64,000 nt of DNA from an uncultured Candidatus Saccharibacteria bacterium (lineage in GTDB: Bacteria; Patescibacteriota; Saccharimonadia; Saccharimonadales; JAGQNJ01): the NCBI GenBank assembly GCA_964510945.1, contig CAZEED010000001.1:98774-162773 (forward strand). Reading direction: 5' to 3'. Below the pieces are notes generated by a model that saw only the letters and a program-made list of their open reading frames with translations, had not been told where the DNA came from and made no database searches. The position numbers and the translations under genes are program-made. Shown in pieces: positions 39,695-50,697 of the stretch. How positions within the stretch are numbered: the stretch's first letter is position 1; each line of letters begins with the position of its first letter.

Positions 39695-40191
39695 GCGCCA
39701 CAGCCGTAAAACCAACTACTCCTACCAAAAAATCAACTAAGCCAAGTACGGTTACTGGTATGTTGATGGCTTTAAAACCCAGAATTAGCGAAAAATCATA
39801 TACTTCAGCCGACATAGATAATGTTTACATATTTGAAGTACCAAAATCTGCTAACAAACATACAATTACCCGAGCTGTAGAATCTCAGTTTTCAGTAAAA
39901 GTATCTGATGTCAGAACAGTTAATGTTGTAGGCAAGCCAAAACGAGCGGTCAGAAAGCGACAAAGACCAGCCAGCGGTAAACGCAAAGACATCAAGAAAG
40001 CTTACGTTGGCCTTATTGTAGGTGATAGTATTAATATTTTCGGTAATGATGAGAAAAAGACAAAAACCGCAAAATCCGAAAAACCAGCTCAAGAAGCTAA
40101 AGCTACTGAGAAAGTTCAGAAAAAGTCTGGCTTAAGAGGCGCGTTCAATCGTGGTCCACGTCATACTCAAGATAAAGGCGGAGGTAAGTAA
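39691..40191 (+). CDS. rplW: 50S ribosomal protein L23 with ~70 aa Lys-rich C-terminal extension
   Basis: L23 core in the first ~95 aa. ATGA overlap with rplD. Extension is K/A/E-rich. Confidence 0.85.
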   Translation: MSATAVKPTTPTKKSTKPSTVTGMLMALKPRISEKSYTSADIDNVYIFEVPKSANKHTITRAVESQFSVKVSDVRTVNVVGKPKRAVRKRQRPASGKRKDIKKAYVGLIVGDSINIFGNDEKKTKTAKSEKPAQEAKATEKVQKKSGLRGAFNRGPRHTQDKGGGK

Positions 40192-41045
40192 TGGCTATTA
40201 AGTATTACAAACCAACTACTCCAGCGAGACGAGGTATGACTAACCGTGACTTTACGCAAGTTACCGCAAAAAAACCTCTTAAATCTTTAACGACAATCAA
40301 AACTAGGACAAATGGACGTAACAACAGCGGTCGAATTACCGTTAGACATCGTGGTGGTGGCGCAAAACGATTCTACAGAAATGTAAATTTCAAACTATCA
40401 CCAGGTACTTCCGCTACTGTAGAAGCTATAGAATATGATCCTAATAGAACAGCTCATATCGCCAGAATCAAAGATAATGAAGGCAAGTATCACTACATTA
40501 TCGCACCAACAGGCGTTAAAGTAGGAGCAAAGATTGAGTGCGGGGAAGAAGTCCCTATCGAAAAAGGAAATCGACTAATATTAAAGAACATTCCAATCGG
40601 TAGTAGTATTCACAGTATTGAACTCGTCCCAGGACAAGGTGCAAAGCTGGTTAGATCTGCTGGTGCATCAGCACAGTTGGCAGCTAGAGAAGGAGAATAC
40701 GCCCAGATCAAGTTACCTAGCGGCGAAGTACGGTTGGTAAACATTAAATGTAGCGCGAGTCTAGGTGGAGTAGGTAATATTTCACACCAGAACGTGAAAT
40801 ATGGGTCTGCCGGTAGAAAACGACACATGGGCTTTAGACCATCCGTAAGAGGTGTTGTAATGAATGCTGTAGATCACCCACATGGTGGTGGTGACGGCGG
40901 AAGACACGGTATTGGTGGCGGTAAAAACCACGGTTCTGCACCACGAACGCCTTGGGGCCAAAAAACACTTGGTTACAAGACTAGGCGACGAAAAATTAGT
41001 AATAAATTTATTGTCCGTTCACGACATGAAAGTAAGAGGAGATAG
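40191..41045 (+). CDS. rplB: 50S ribosomal protein L2
   Basis: L2 family (HPHGGGDGG motif analogue, RNVNFKL). Confidence 0.95.
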   Translation: MAIKYYKPTTPARRGMTNRDFTQVTAKKPLKSLTTIKTRTNGRNNSGRITVRHRGGGAKRFYRNVNFKLSPGTSATVEAIEYDPNRTAHIARIKDNEGKYHYIIAPTGVKVGAKIECGEEVPIEKGNRLILKNIPIGSSIHSIELVPGQGAKLVRSAGASAQLAAREGEYAQIKLPSGEVRLVNIKCSASLGGVGNISHQNVKYGSAGRKRHMGFRPSVRGVVMNAVDHPHGGGDGGRHGIGGGKNHGSAPRTPWGQKTLGYKTRRRKISNKFIVRSRHESKRR

Positions 41046-41047
41046 AT

Positions 41048-41323
41048 ATGAGTCGATCACTTAAAAAAGGACCATATATTGACTTTAAGCTTGCTAAGAA
41101 AGTGGAAGCTTTAGCTAAAGAAGACCGTACAATTATCAAAACTTGGGCAAGATCTTGTACTATTCCTCCAGAATTCGTTGGACGAACGATCGCTGTTCAT
41201 AACGGTAAGGTTCACGTTCCGGTTTTTGTATCAGAGAATATGGTTGGTCATAAACTCGGCGAATTTTCTCCTACACGAAAATTCCGATCACACGGCGGTA
41301 AACTAGCGAAAGGTCAGAAATGA
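41048..41323 (+). CDS. rpsS: 30S ribosomal protein S19
   Basis: S19 family ([10 protein letters not shown]). Confidence 0.95.
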   Translation: MSRSLKKGPYIDFKLAKKVEALAKEDRTIIKTWARSCTIPPEFVGRTIAVHNGKVHVPVFVSENMVGHKLGEFSPTRKFRSHGGKLAKGQK

Positions 41324-41712
41324 GTGTAAAAGCTATTGCTAAAGGTGTACAGATAAGCCCACGAAAAGTTGAAGTGGTTGCTGATTTAGTACGCAATCAA
41401 TCTGTTAAGAACGCTCTTACTATTTTGGAGCATACACCTCGCCGTAGCGCAGTAGCAGTTCAAAGCGTTATTAAATCTGCAAAAGCCAACGCCGAGAATA
41501 ATCATAACTACAAGCCTGATACTTTAACAATCACCGAGATATTTGTTACATGCGGCCCAAGAATGAAACGTTTTAGACCAGCAGCACGTGGCCGAGCATT
41601 ACCTTTCCAGAAAAAGTCATCACATATTCGAGTAGTTGTTGATGGCGAAAAACGAGTAGTAAAGAAAAAAACTGAATCAGTATCAGCAAATGCTAAAAAG
41701 GAGTCAAAATAA
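41320..41712 (+). CDS. rplV: 50S ribosomal protein L22
   Basis: L22 family sequence. Confidence 0.92.
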   Translation: MSVKAIAKGVQISPRKVEVVADLVRNQSVKNALTILEHTPRRSAVAVQSVIKSAKANAENNHNYKPDTLTITEIFVTCGPRMKRFRPAARGRALPFQKKSSHIRVVVDGEKRVVKKKTESVSANAKKESK

Positions 41713-41818
41713 TGTTTTTCGTAAGGAAAAAGAGCAGCCAGATCCAGCGAATTTATTTCGCTGACCTGCGCGATGAGAAAAAACGTAGTTTTGTCTCATG
41801 GACCGGAGGGACGATATA

Positions 41819-42448
41819 ATGGGTCAAAAAGTAAATCCAATTAGCATGCGACTTCAAGCCAACAAAGATTGGCGTAGTAAATGGTTTGCTAACAAACGTG
41901 AATACCCAAAATATCTAAAACAAGATCTTGATGTCCGGCAATTGATCATAACTAAGCTTGGTACAAGGGCCTCAATCAACAAGGTTGATATTGAACGCTC
42001 GCCAAATCTTGTTACTGTGACTATTGTTACCGCAAAAGCCGGTGTAGTAATCGGACGAGGTGGTACAGGCGCAACAGAGCTAAAAACCGCAATTGAAAAA
42101 ATCTATGGCGTCCCAACCAGAGTAAATATCGAAGAAATTAAAAAACCAGAATTATACGCAAAATTAGTCGCCGAAAACATTGCCTTTCAATTACAACGAC
42201 GAATATCGTTTAGACGAGCAATTAAAATGGCAGCTCAAAATACAATGCGCTCTGGAGCTAAAGGTATCAGAATCCAGGTGTCAGGACGACTTAATGGTGC
42301 AGAGATGGCTAGACGAGAGAAAGAAATTCAAGGTAGCGTGCCTCTTCACACAATTAGAGCCGATATTGACTACGCCTACGTTCCTGCCCAAACACCAGCT
42401 GGAGTTATAGGGATTAAAGTATGGATTTATAAAGGAGAGGTAGCTTAG
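41819..42448 (+). CDS. rpsC: 30S ribosomal protein S3
   Basis: Starts MGQKVNPI (canonical S3 N-terminus). KH domain. Confidence 0.93.
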   Translation: MGQKVNPISMRLQANKDWRSKWFANKREYPKYLKQDLDVRQLIITKLGTRASINKVDIERSPNLVTVTIVTAKAGVVIGRGGTGATELKTAIEKIYGVPTRVNIEEIKKPELYAKLVAENIAFQLQRRISFRRAIKMAAQNTMRSGAKGIRIQVSGRLNGAEMARREKEIQGSVPLHTIRADIDYAYVPAQTPAGVIGIKVWIYKGEVA

Positions 42449-42450
42449 TC

Positions 42451-42870
42451 ATGTTAATGCCTAAACGGTCAAAGTTTAGAAAAGCCCGAAAAGGCCGTAT
42501 TACTGGTGTGGCAACCAGAGGTAACTCTATTGCTTTTGGTACATATGCACTGCAAGCCCAAGGCATTGATCGAATTACTTCTAGACAAATCGAAGCTGCC
42601 CGACAAGCTATGACAAGATATGTTAAGCGTGGTGGAAAGATTTGGATCAGAATTTTTCCTCACACTCCAGTTACACGAAAACCTCAAGACGTAAAAATGG
42701 GAAGTGGAAAAGGAAACCCAGAATTTTTCGTTGCAAAAGTTCGACCAGGGACAATTTTGTTTGAGATGCAAGGCGTAGAAGAAGAAATCGCGCGAGAAGC
42801 GATGAGACTTGCTAGTCATAAACTACCGGTCAAGACCAAGTTTTTGGTTAGAGAGGATGGATCACAATGA
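42451..42870 (+). CDS. rplP: 50S ribosomal protein L16
   Basis: [12 protein letters not shown]16 signature. Confidence 0.95.
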   Translation: MLMPKRSKFRKARKGRITGVATRGNSIAFGTYALQAQGIDRITSRQIEAARQAMTRYVKRGGKIWIRIFPHTPVTRKPQDVKMGSGKGNPEFFVAKVRPGTILFEMQGVEEEIAREAMRLASHKLPVKTKFLVREDGSQ

Positions 42871-43067
42871 AATTAGCAGAAATCCGAAAACTACCTACAA
42901 AGAGTCTGACAGAGCAATCCACGAAAATTAGAGAAGAGATTGCTGATATGAGACGTCAATATGCACTAGGAGAAATCCAGAACACTAGAGGAATACGAAA
43001 TAAACGAAAAGAATTAGCTAGAATACTGACCGTGTTAGGCGAAGAGCTAGTGAAGGAGACGAAATAA
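42867..43067 (+). CDS. rpmC: 50S ribosomal protein L29
   Basis: Size, position and L29-like helix-rich sequence. Confidence 0.88.
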   Translation: MKLAEIRKLPTKSLTEQSTKIREEIADMRRQYALGEIQNTRGIRNKRKELARILTVLGEELVKETK

Positions 43068-43345
43068 TGGCAAAACAATTTACCGGTATCGTAACAAGTG
43101 ATAAAGCCGACAAAACTATAGTCGTGACTATTTCTGTTAAGAAAACTCATCCAATTTATCGAAAGCAATTTACAGAGACTAATAAAATAATGGCGCATGA
43201 TGAAAAAAACGAAGCAAAAATTGGAGACAAAGTAATTATTTCAGAAACTAGGCCAATTAGTTCACGCAAGTCATTTAAGCTAGATAAAATCGTTGAGCGT
43301 CCGGTTCTTCAATTGACTAGCGATGACAAAGGGGACGAAAAGTGA
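43067..43345 (+). CDS. rpsQ: 30S ribosomal protein S17
   Basis: S17 family ([14 protein letters not shown]). Confidence 0.92.
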   Translation: MAKQFTGIVTSDKADKTIVVTISVKKTHPIYRKQFTETNKIMAHDEKNEAKIGDKVIISETRPISSRKSFKLDKIVERPVLQLTSDDKGDEK

Positions 43346-43710
43346 TACAACAAGAATCTAGACTAGTTGTGTGTGACAACAGCGGTGCAAAAGAGATTCT
43401 CTGCATACGTGTTCTTGGTGGTAGCCGTAAAAGATACGCACGGGTAGGTGACGTTATCGTTGCGACAGTAAAAGACGCTAGTCCATCTGGAAACGTGAAG
43501 AAAAAGTCCGTTGTTAGGGCTGTTGTGGTACGCACGAAATACGTAATCAACCGTAGAGACGGATCGTCAATCAAATTTGACGATAATGCCGCGATCATAA
43601 TTGGAGACGACAAACTACCTAAAGCCACTAGAATATTTGGTCCCGTACCAAGAGAACTTCGTGAAATGGGCTACAGTAAAATTGTTTCTCTCGCACCGGA
43701 GGTACTGTAA
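43342..43710 (+). CDS. rplN: 50S ribosomal protein L14
   Basis: MIQQESRL..DNSGAK L14 signature. Confidence 0.95.
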   Translation: MIQQESRLVVCDNSGAKEILCIRVLGGSRKRYARVGDVIVATVKDASPSGNVKKKSVVRAVVVRTKYVINRRDGSSIKFDDNAAIIIGDDKLPKATRIFGPVPRELREMGYSKIVSLAPEVL

Positions 43711-43982
43711 TGAATGAACAAGTATACAAGATCAAATTGAAGCTTAACGATACTGTGGAAGTTATTTCTGGCAAATACAAAGGCAAAAAAGGCAAAGTTG
43801 TCAAAACTCATCCAAAACTTAACAAAGTTACAGTTGAAGGTATCAATATTGTTAAAAAACATCAAAAAAAGCCAAACAAAAAATACCCACAAGGTGGAAT
43901 TATCGAATTAACTCAACCGATATGGGTATCCAAAGTCAAATTGTCTACCAAAGCTACAGGAAGCAAAGGAGTTAAGAAATGA
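43710..43982 (+). CDS. rplX: 50S ribosomal protein L24
   Basis: KOW motif ([10 protein letters not shown]). Confidence 0.9.
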   Translation: MNEQVYKIKLKLNDTVEVISGKYKGKKGKVVKTHPKLNKVTVEGINIVKKHQKKPNKKYPQGGIIELTQPIWVSKVKLSTKATGSKGVKK

Positions 43983-44578
43983 CCGACGTAAGGACAAACT
44001 CCAAAATGCCTGTACGACTTAAAGCTCAGTATCAAACTGAGATTAGAAAACAGTTAATGGACGAACTAAAGCTGAGCAATATAAACGAAGTTCCTAAGCT
44101 AGAAAAAATTGTGTTAAATATTGGCCTTGGTAAAGCTAAGGATGATAAAAAAGCTATGGAAGTTGCGACTACTACACTAAAGAAAATTACTGGTCAAACA
44201 CCAGTTCAGACTTTAGCTAAAATCTCTGTTGCCGGCTTTAAGCTCCGAGAAGGTAACAAAATTGGCCTCAAAGTAACGCTTAGAGGTGACAAGATGTACG
44301 AATTTTTAGATCGATTAATCAACATAGTACTACCACGACTTCGAGATTTTCATGGTTTAAGCCTGAAATCTTTTGATAAACAGGGAAATTACAGTATCGG
44401 AATAGTTGATCAAACTGTTTTTCCTGAAATTACCTTCGAAGATAGTCCAATGACTCATGGTCTTCAAGCAGTTATAGTTACTAATTCTTTAGAAAAAGAA
44501 CATTGCAAGGCGCTACTAGAGAAATTTGGTCTGCCGTTTGAAAAAGAGTCAGATAATGATAAAGGAAAGGAGAACTAG
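43979..44578 (+). CDS. rplE: 50S ribosomal protein L5
   Basis: L5 family sequence. Confidence 0.93.
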   Translation: MTDVRTNSKMPVRLKAQYQTEIRKQLMDELKLSNINEVPKLEKIVLNIGLGKAKDDKKAMEVATTTLKKITGQTPVQTLAKISVAGFKLREGNKIGLKVTLRGDKMYEFLDRLINIVLPRLRDFHGLSLKSFDKQGNYSIGIVDQTVFPEITFEDSPMTHGLQAVIVTNSLEKEHCKALLEKFGLPFEKESDNDKGKEN

Positions 44579-44580
44579 CA

Positions 44581-44850
44581 ATGGCAAAAAAATCAATGAT
44601 TGCAAGAGATTTAAAGCGTCAAAAGATGATAATGAAATATGCTGCAAAACGAGCTGAGTTGAAATCTGTTGGAGATCAAGAAGGACTTGCTAGATTACCG
44701 AAAAATTCATCTCCTTCGCGATGGAATAACCGTTGTCTTGAGACTGGTCGATCTCGAGGTTATATGAGAACTTTTGGACTTTCAAGAATATCGTTCAGAG
44801 AACATGCAAACAAAGGGGAGATACCTGGTGTCACAAAATCAAGTTGGTAA
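44581..44850 (+). CDS. rpsN: 30S ribosomal protein S14 (long, zinc-independent form, 89 aa)
   Basis: [10 protein letters not shown]..; no CxxC pairs. Confidence 0.9.
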   Translation: MAKKSMIARDLKRQKMIMKYAAKRAELKSVGDQEGLARLPKNSSPSRWNNRCLETGRSRGYMRTFGLSRISFREHANKGEIPGVTKSSW

Positions 44851-44854
44851 TAAT

Positions 44855-45265
44855 ATGAAAATCGTAGGCAGTACTTCAACTGATCCAATCGCTGATATGC
44901 TCAGTCGTATCAGGAACGCTATTTTAGTCCATAAAACAGAGATTATGGTTCCTCATTCAAAGTTGAAAAAGGCTGTCCTTCAAGTTCTTGTAGATAATAA
45001 TTTTATCTCAAAGTACGAAGAAATCTCGCTTGGAGTAGGTAAAGTTTTGAAAGTTACTATCAATACCCCAAGTGAAAATGCAAGAATTACGCACATCTCG
45101 AGGATTAGTAAGCCTGGACGCCGAATGTATGTAAAATCAAAGGACATTCCTAAAGTAAAACATGGTAGAGGAATTGTGATAGTCTCAACATCGAAAGGGC
45201 TGGTCACGGATAAGCAAGCTAGAGCTCAGGCTTTAGGCGGAGAGTTGATCTGTAAGGTATATTAA
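44855..45265 (+). CDS. rpsH: 30S ribosomal protein S8
   Basis: TDPIADMLSRIRNA signature. ATG 44855, 4 nt after the rpsN stop. The track start 44774 overlapping rpsN is rejected. Confidence 0.92.
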   Translation: MKIVGSTSTDPIADMLSRIRNAILVHKTEIMVPHSKLKKAVLQVLVDNNFISKYEEISLGVGKVLKVTINTPSENARITHISRISKPGRRMYVKSKDIPKVKHGRGIVIVSTSKGLVTDKQARAQALGGELICKVY

Positions 45266-45267
45266 TT

Positions 45268-45804
45268 ATGAGTAGAATAGGCAAATTACCAATAAATGTA
45301 CCTAGTAATGTGACAGTGTCTGTTGATAATGGCATTATTAAGGTTAATGGTCCAAAAGGTGAATTAACAGAAAACGTTCTTGTTGGAGTTAAAATCGAAC
45401 AAAAAGATAACCTTATAACAATTACAAGAAATTCTGACAGTAAAATTGACAAATCCAACCACGGCCTAATGCGAAGCTTAATCAATAATATGGTCATTGG
45501 TGTAACTGAAGGATTCAAAAAAGAACTAGAAGTTACGGGAGTAGGTTTTAGAGTAGCCGTATCTGGCAATGTACTAAAACTAAAAGTCGGATTTTCTCAT
45601 GAAATTGAATATAAATTCCCTGAAGGCATCAATGTATCAGTTGAGCAGAACAAAATAACAGTTGAAGGCATTAGCAAGCAACAAGTTGGTCAAACGGCCG
45701 CAGAAATCCGATCTTTTAAGAAACCTGAGCCATATAAAGGTAAAGGTATCAGCTACGTAGGCGAAAGAATTCTACGAAAAAGCGGTAAGTCAGGTAAAGA
45801 ATAG
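45268..45804 (+). CDS. rplF: 50S ribosomal protein L6
   Basis: L6 family (SRIGKLPI). Confidence 0.93.
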   Translation: MSRIGKLPINVPSNVTVSVDNGIIKVNGPKGELTENVLVGVKIEQKDNLITITRNSDSKIDKSNHGLMRSLINNMVIGVTEGFKKELEVTGVGFRVAVSGNVLKLKVGFSHEIEYKFPEGINVSVEQNKITVEGISKQQVGQTAAEIRSFKKPEPYKGKGISYVGERILRKSGKSGKE

Positions 45805-45812
45805 GTAAGATT

Positions 45813-46163
45813 ATGAATAGATTATTTAAAAAACAAACTAATTTGTTTAGACGAAAAGCTCGAATTCGAAAGAAGATTTCTGGAACGACAGAAAGACCTC
45901 GAATGAGCGTTCATATTAGTAACAAGAATATTACGATTCAATTGATTGACGATAGCAAACATACTACTTTAGTGGAATTGAACACATACAAAGAAAAGAA
46001 CAAGAGCCTAACAGACAAAGCAGTGTTAGCCGGCACTGAAATTGCTAAAAAAGCTAAAGCAAAAAAGATTAAGACTGTAGTGTTTGACCGTAACGGTAAG
46101 TTATATCATGGACGTATTAAAGCTCTTGCGGATGCAGCAAGAAAAGAAGGATTGGAGTTCTAG
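45813..46163 (+). CDS. rplR: 50S ribosomal protein L18
   Basis: L18 family sequence. Confidence 0.9.
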   Translation: MNRLFKKQTNLFRRKARIRKKISGTTERPRMSVHISNKNITIQLIDDSKHTTLVELNTYKEKNKSLTDKAVLAGTEIAKKAKAKKIKTVVFDRNGKLYHGRIKALADAARKEGLEF

Positions 46164-46727
46164 ATGTACCAGAAACAGACAGATAGAAAAAATGTTTTTG
46201 AAGAAAAACAATTTGACGAACGAATGGTGCACATAGATAGAGTTGCTAGAGTTGTAAAAGGTGGACGTCGATTCAGATTTCGTGCTCTAGTCATTGTAGG
46301 CGATCACAAAGGGAAAATCGGTGTAGGGACTTCTAAAGGCGCAGACGTTACAACAGCAGTAACCAAAGCAACTGACGTTGCTAAAAAGAATATGGTTCAG
46401 ATAAGCCTATATAACGATACAATCCCTCATGAATCACAAGCAAAAGTTAGTGGTGCAAAAATCCTAGTAAAGCCGGCAAGCCCAGGTACAGGTCTAATAG
46501 CTGGTGGAGTTGTGCGAGTCGTTCTAGAAGTAGCTGGTATTAAAAATGCTCTATCTAAGTCACTAGGTTCAAGTAATAAGATTAATATTGCTTATGCGAC
46601 AGTTGAAGCACTTAAAGCAATCGAGCCTATGAAAAATTGGGTAACGACATCCGATAAGCCTAAATCCGTAAAAAAGACCACAAAATTATCAGAAAAAGCT
46701 AAAGCATTAGATGAGGCCAAAGTATGA
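46164..46727 (+). CDS. rpsE: 30S ribosomal protein S5
   Basis: S5 family (VVKGGRRFRF, dsRBD). Confidence 0.93.
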   Translation: MYQKQTDRKNVFEEKQFDERMVHIDRVARVVKGGRRFRFRALVIVGDHKGKIGVGTSKGADVTTAVTKATDVAKKNMVQISLYNDTIPHESQAKVSGAKILVKPASPGTGLIAGGVVRVVLEVAGIKNALSKSLGSSNKINIAYATVEALKAIEPMKNWVTTSDKPKSVKKTTKLSEKAKALDEAKV

Positions 46728-47185
46728 AATATAACGAGTTAGAGCTAAAAAGCTATAAAAAAACCCGCCGAAAGGGTCGGGGTATTGGTTCTGGCGCCGG
46801 TAAAACGGCTGGTCGTGGAACAAAAGGTCAAAACTCTAGAACTGGTGGTGGCGTAAGGATAGGATTCGAAGGTGGCCAAACTACGTTAATGCAAAAAATG
46901 CCGAAAAAACGTGGTTTTACATCTCATCGTACAAAACCAATCGCTATTACACTGGACAAATTGAGCCTAATAAAAGGAAAAATAACTAACCAAGCAGTTT
47001 TTGAGACAAGATTAGTAGACGATGTTTACCTTCCTATAAAAGTTTTATCCGCTAAAAAAGATATTCCAAAGATGTCAATTGAACTTCAAGCTATATCAAG
47101 CGGGGCCTTAAAACAATTAGAAAAAGCCGGTGGCAGTTTTAAGAAAATCGATAATCCAAAACGTAGTAAAAAAGAAAAAGTTTAA
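46724..47185 (+). CDS. rplO: 50S ribosomal protein L15 (follows rpsE directly; no rpmD/L30 present)
   Basis: L15 family (GKTAGRGTKGQ). Confidence 0.9.
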   Translation: MKYNELELKSYKKTRRKGRGIGSGAGKTAGRGTKGQNSRTGGGVRIGFEGGQTTLMQKMPKKRGFTSHRTKPIAITLDKLSLIKGKITNQAVFETRLVDDVYLPIKVLSAKKDIPKMSIELQAISSGALKQLEKAGGSFKKIDNPKRSKKEKV

Positions 47186-47233
47186 AGCTACGAAATACAG
47201 TATTATATATAGTAATAACTAATTGAGGGTTTT

Positions 47234-48727
47234 ATGAGCTGGAAAACAATATGGCTGTCTTTTAAGAACAAGGATATGCGAAAACGGATTTTTGCCGTTC
47301 TCGGAATGCTATTTATTTTTAGAATACTCGCACATATTCCCATACCATTAGCCGACGGGGCCACTTTAAAGCAAATATTAGAGACTCTATTTGCTTCCAA
47401 AGATACTCCTCAACTACTTAGCTTTATAGATGTTTTATCTGGTGGAGCTTTAGCAAAATTCTCCATTATGCTAGTTGGTCTTGGGCCTTACATTAACGCA
47501 TCAATCATTATGCAGTTATTAACTAAGGCAATACCAAAGCTTGAAACTTTAAATAAAGAAGGCGAGTACGGGCGAAAAAAGATTAATCAATATACTAGAA
47601 TGTTAGCTCTGCCGCTTGCAGTCATTCAATCAATTGGAACAATATTCTTGGTAAGACAGACCGCTAGTCAGATCGGTGGTCTTGGCGACATCACTGCCAA
47701 CACTTCGATTGCTCAGTGGGCCTTGATGGTTACTGCGTTAACTGGTGGCTCTATGCTACTAATGTGGTTAGGCGAATTAATTACAGAAGAAGGTATCGGA
47801 AATGGTATCTCACTAGTGATTACCGTTGGTATTGTTAGCCGATTACCTAGCACTATATCATCCATTGCAAATGCAATATTTAAAGAAGGCGCCAAGACAA
47901 ATGTACTTGGTTTTACCTTACCGATTGATACCGATGCGTTACTATACGCCTTACTTATTGCTGGAACCGTAATTTTAGTTACAGTACTAGTAGTCAAGCT
48001 CAACGAAGCTTCCAGGAACCTTACTATTCATTATGCTAAACGAGTACAGGGAAATAGGGCCTATGGAGGCGTCCAGACCACTTTGCCAATAAAACTCATT
48101 ACAGCTGGAGTCATACCTATTATATTCGCTGTAGCGTTCTTAAGTGTCCCTAGCTTCGCAGGACAATTGATGAGTTCATCGAGCAATCCAAATATCCAAT
48201 CTTTAGGGCTTAATTTGACTCAATGGTTCCAACAACCAACCCCTCAGTCCTTCGCCGCAGGTGGCCTGCAACCATACATATATCCAATTGTATATTTTAC
48301 CTTAGTGTTTGCATTTACGTTTTTCTATACAAATATCACCTTCAACTCTCAAGAAATAGCCGAGAACCTTCAAAAACAAGGTGGATTCTTCTCAGGAGTT
48401 AGATCAGGTAAGCAAACTGAAAAATACCTATCAAAAATGGTCAACAAATTAACCTTATTCGGCGCCTTAAGCCTTGGAGCGTTGGCCGTTTTCCCGATAA
48501 TACTACAAGCCTTTATAAATACGAGTATCGCATTGCAAGGGACAAGTATTCTGATTTTAGTGGCTGTGGCACTTGAGACACTTCGACAGATTGAATCTCG
48601 AGCATTAATGGTAACTTACGACCAATATGATCAACCTGATTTCTTTTACGATACTTCTGATCCTGCAAGTGCCGCAACAGGGGGGAGAAGATTGCGATTT
48701 CGTGGACGAAAAAAATCAAAAAAATAA
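47234..48727 (+). CDS. secY: Protein translocase subunit SecY
   Basis: 10 TM SecY topology and conserved plug/TM2 region. Confidence 0.92.
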   Translation: MSWKTIWLSFKNKDMRKRIFAVLGMLFIFRILAHIPIPLADGATLKQILETLFASKDTPQLLSFIDVLSGGALAKFSIMLVGLGPYINASIIMQLLTKAIPKLETLNKEGEYGRKKINQYTRMLALPLAVIQSIGTIFLVRQTASQIGGLGDITANTSIAQWALMVTALTGGSMLLMWLGELITEEGIGNGISLVITVGIVSRLPSTISSIANAIFKEGAKTNVLGFTLPIDTDALLYALLIAGTVILVTVLVVKLNEASRNLTIHYAKRVQGNRAYGGVQTTLPIKLITAGVIPIIFAVAFLSVPSFAGQLMSSSSNPNIQSLGLNLTQWFQQPTPQSFAAGGLQPYIYPIVYFTLVFAFTFFYTNITFNSQEIAENLQKQGGFFSGVRSGKQTEKYLSKMVNKLTLFGALSLGALAVFPIILQAFINTSIALQGTSILILVAVALETLRQIESRALMVTYDQYDQPDFFYDTSDPASAATGGRRLRFRGRKKSKK

Positions 48728-48730
48728 CCC

Positions 48731-48760
48731 TTTACAAACAGATAAGAAGTAGGCTATAAT
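48731..48760 (+). promoter_or_regulatory. Sigma70-like promoter (TTTACAA, 17-18 nt spacer, TATAAT) for infA
   Basis: Read in the 50 nt secY-infA gap. Confidence 0.5.
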
Positions 48761-48777
48761 TACCTCTTGTTATATTT

Positions 48778-48999
48778 ATGACTAAACAAAAGGAAGTTAT
48801 TGAACTAGAAGGTAAAATAGTAGAGACGCTTCCTGGCGCTCAGTTCAAGGTAGAACTAGAGAATGGTCATCAAATTATAGCTCACGTCGCCGGTAAAATG
48901 AGGAAATATTTTATCCGCATTGTGCCAGGTGACAGCGTGACGGTCGAGTTGACCCCTTACGACCTAACTAAGGGAAGAATCACCTATCGCAAAACGTAA
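48778..48999 (+). CDS. infA: Translation initiation factor IF-1
   Basis: S1-like OB fold. IF-1 family sequence. Confidence 0.93.
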   Translation: MTKQKEVIELEGKIVETLPGAQFKVELENGHQIIAHVAGKMRKYFIRIVPGDSVTVELTPYDLTKGRITYRKT

Positions 49000-49099
49000 T
49001 ATTAAAGCAGTGTGTCCTTCGTAGCTTTAGCGAAGTAGGATCCGCATCGATCGTTTATAGCTAAACGATAACCCAATTAAGAGAGGAAAATCTAACGGG

Positions 49100-49216
49100 A
49101 TGAAAGTGCGTGCAAGTGTTAAAAAGATAAGTCCAGACGATAAGATAGTTCGTCGTAAAGGCCGTGTCTATATTATAAATAAACTAAAGCCTAAACATAA
49201 ACAGAGGCAAGGTTAA
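49100..49216 (+). CDS. rpmJ: 50S ribosomal protein L36, Cys-less (zinc-independent) variant
   Basis: [38 protein letters not shown]. The canonical C-x2-C-x12-C-x4-H ligands are replaced by S, D, N, H. Not in the ORF track (38 aa). Confidence 0.8.
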   Translation: MKVRASVKKISPDDKIVRRKGRVYIINKLKPKHKQRQG

Positions 49217-49218
49217 AT

Positions 49219-49605
49219 ATGGCTCGAATATCTGGAGTTACGATTCCTACTGATAAGCAAATAGAAATTGCGTTAACTTACGTATACGGAATCGGCAGAA
49301 AGTCTAGCCACGATATTTTAGTTAAAGCAAAGATTGATCCAACGATCAGAGTCAAAGATTTAACAGATAGTGAAATATCTAAAATTCAAGACATTATTAA
49401 TGAGCAATACTCAGTTGAAGGTGATTTACAACGAGTTGTTACAACAAATATTAAACGGCTTAAAGATATTGGATCCTACAGAGGTCTAAGGCATCAACGA
49501 AGCCTGCCTAGTAGAGGTCAACGAACAAGAACAAACGCCAGGACTCGTAGAGGTAAAAAAGTAACTGTAGGCGGTACTAAAGTTAAGGCAGCGACAAAAA
49601 CATAG
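49219..49605 (+). CDS. rpsM: 30S ribosomal protein S13
   Basis: [10 protein letters not shown] signature. Confidence 0.95.
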   Translation: MARISGVTIPTDKQIEIALTYVYGIGRKSSHDILVKAKIDPTIRVKDLTDSEISKIQDIINEQYSVEGDLQRVVTTNIKRLKDIGSYRGLRHQRSLPSRGQRTRTNARTRRGKKVTVGGTKVKAATKT

Positions 49606-49612
49606 GTAATTT

Positions 49613-50071
49613 ATGAAAGAAGATAACCCAATTATTGAATCAAAAGCTCCAGAAGTAGCTGAAACGCTTGATACTGATAAAGTCGTTACTAAATCAGTAA
49701 AGCGAAAAAAAGTTAAACGAACTGTACCTTACGGTCAAATGCATATTCTCGCAACTTTTAATAATACAATTATTACTTTTACTGACTCTAAAGGTAACGC
49801 TTTGACATATAGCAGTGCAGGAGCATGTGGGTTTAGAGGATCGAAAAAAGGCACAGCCTACGCTGCCCAAATCGCTGCTGAGAAGGCTGCCAACAGTGCA
49901 AAACAGAATTTTGGACTGTCTAAAGTTGATATTTTTGTAAAAGGAGTAGGTCTTGGGCGAGAAGCCGCAATTAGGACTTTGATAAACGCGAACATAAAAG
50001 CTGAAAGTATAGCAGACGTTACTGGTGTACCACATGGTGGCGTTAGACCAAAGAAAGCACGGAGAGTATAG
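49613..50071 (+). CDS. rpsK: 30S ribosomal protein S11 with short N-terminal extension
   Basis: S11 family sequence. Confidence 0.92.
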   Translation: MKEDNPIIESKAPEVAETLDTDKVVTKSVKRKKVKRTVPYGQMHILATFNNTIITFTDSKGNALTYSSAGACGFRGSKKGTAYAAQIAAEKAANSAKQNFGLSKVDIFVKGVGLGREAAIRTLINANIKAESIADVTGVPHGGVRPKKARRV

Positions 50072-50692
50072 ATGGCCCGAGATAGAAGCAGTATTGTAAA
50101 ACAGAGTAGGAGAGAAGGCTATGCTTTGCATCCAAAAGCACATAAAGCCCTAGTAAAGAAAACTTCACTACCTGGTAAAGCACCAAATTATCGTGCTCGA
50201 AATAAAGATAGCCAGTATTCTCTGCAACTAAGAGAAAAGCAAAAAGTTAAAAGACTATATGGGCTATTAGAAAAACAATTCAGAAAATTAATGAAAGAAG
50301 CTAGCGCAACTAAAGGCCAATCCGGCGAAACGCTTCTAAAATATCTAGAACAGCGTGCTGATAATGTTGTTTACCGATCAAGTTTTGCAACAAGCCGTAG
50401 AGCCGCTAGACAACTCGTCACCCATGGTCATTTTGAGTTAAACGGTAAAAGATTTGATATTCCTTCAATAAGAATCAACCCAGGCGACGTTTTGAGCGTT
50501 CGCGATAAGAGCAAAAAATCCGAGTACTTTAAACTAATTGATGATCTTAGTCCTGCAGGAGCAGAAGGATCGATCAGTTGGTTAAAAGTTAATAGAAAGA
50601 AACTTGAAGTATCTGTTACGGCCCTCCCGCCGCGCGAAGAAGCCGAACCAGATATTAACGAGCAATTAATAGTAGAGTATTACTCACGATAA
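50072..50692 (+). CDS. rpsD: 30S ribosomal protein S4
   Basis: S4 family with S4 RNA-binding domain. Confidence 0.93.
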   Translation: MARDRSSIVKQSRREGYALHPKAHKALVKKTSLPGKAPNYRARNKDSQYSLQLREKQKVKRLYGLLEKQFRKLMKEASATKGQSGETLLKYLEQRADNVVYRSSFATSRRAARQLVTHGHFELNGKRFDIPSIRINPGDVLSVRDKSKKSEYFKLIDDLSPAGAEGSISWLKVNRKKLEVSVTALPPREEAEPDINEQLIVEYYSR

Positions 50693-50697
50693 GGGAG

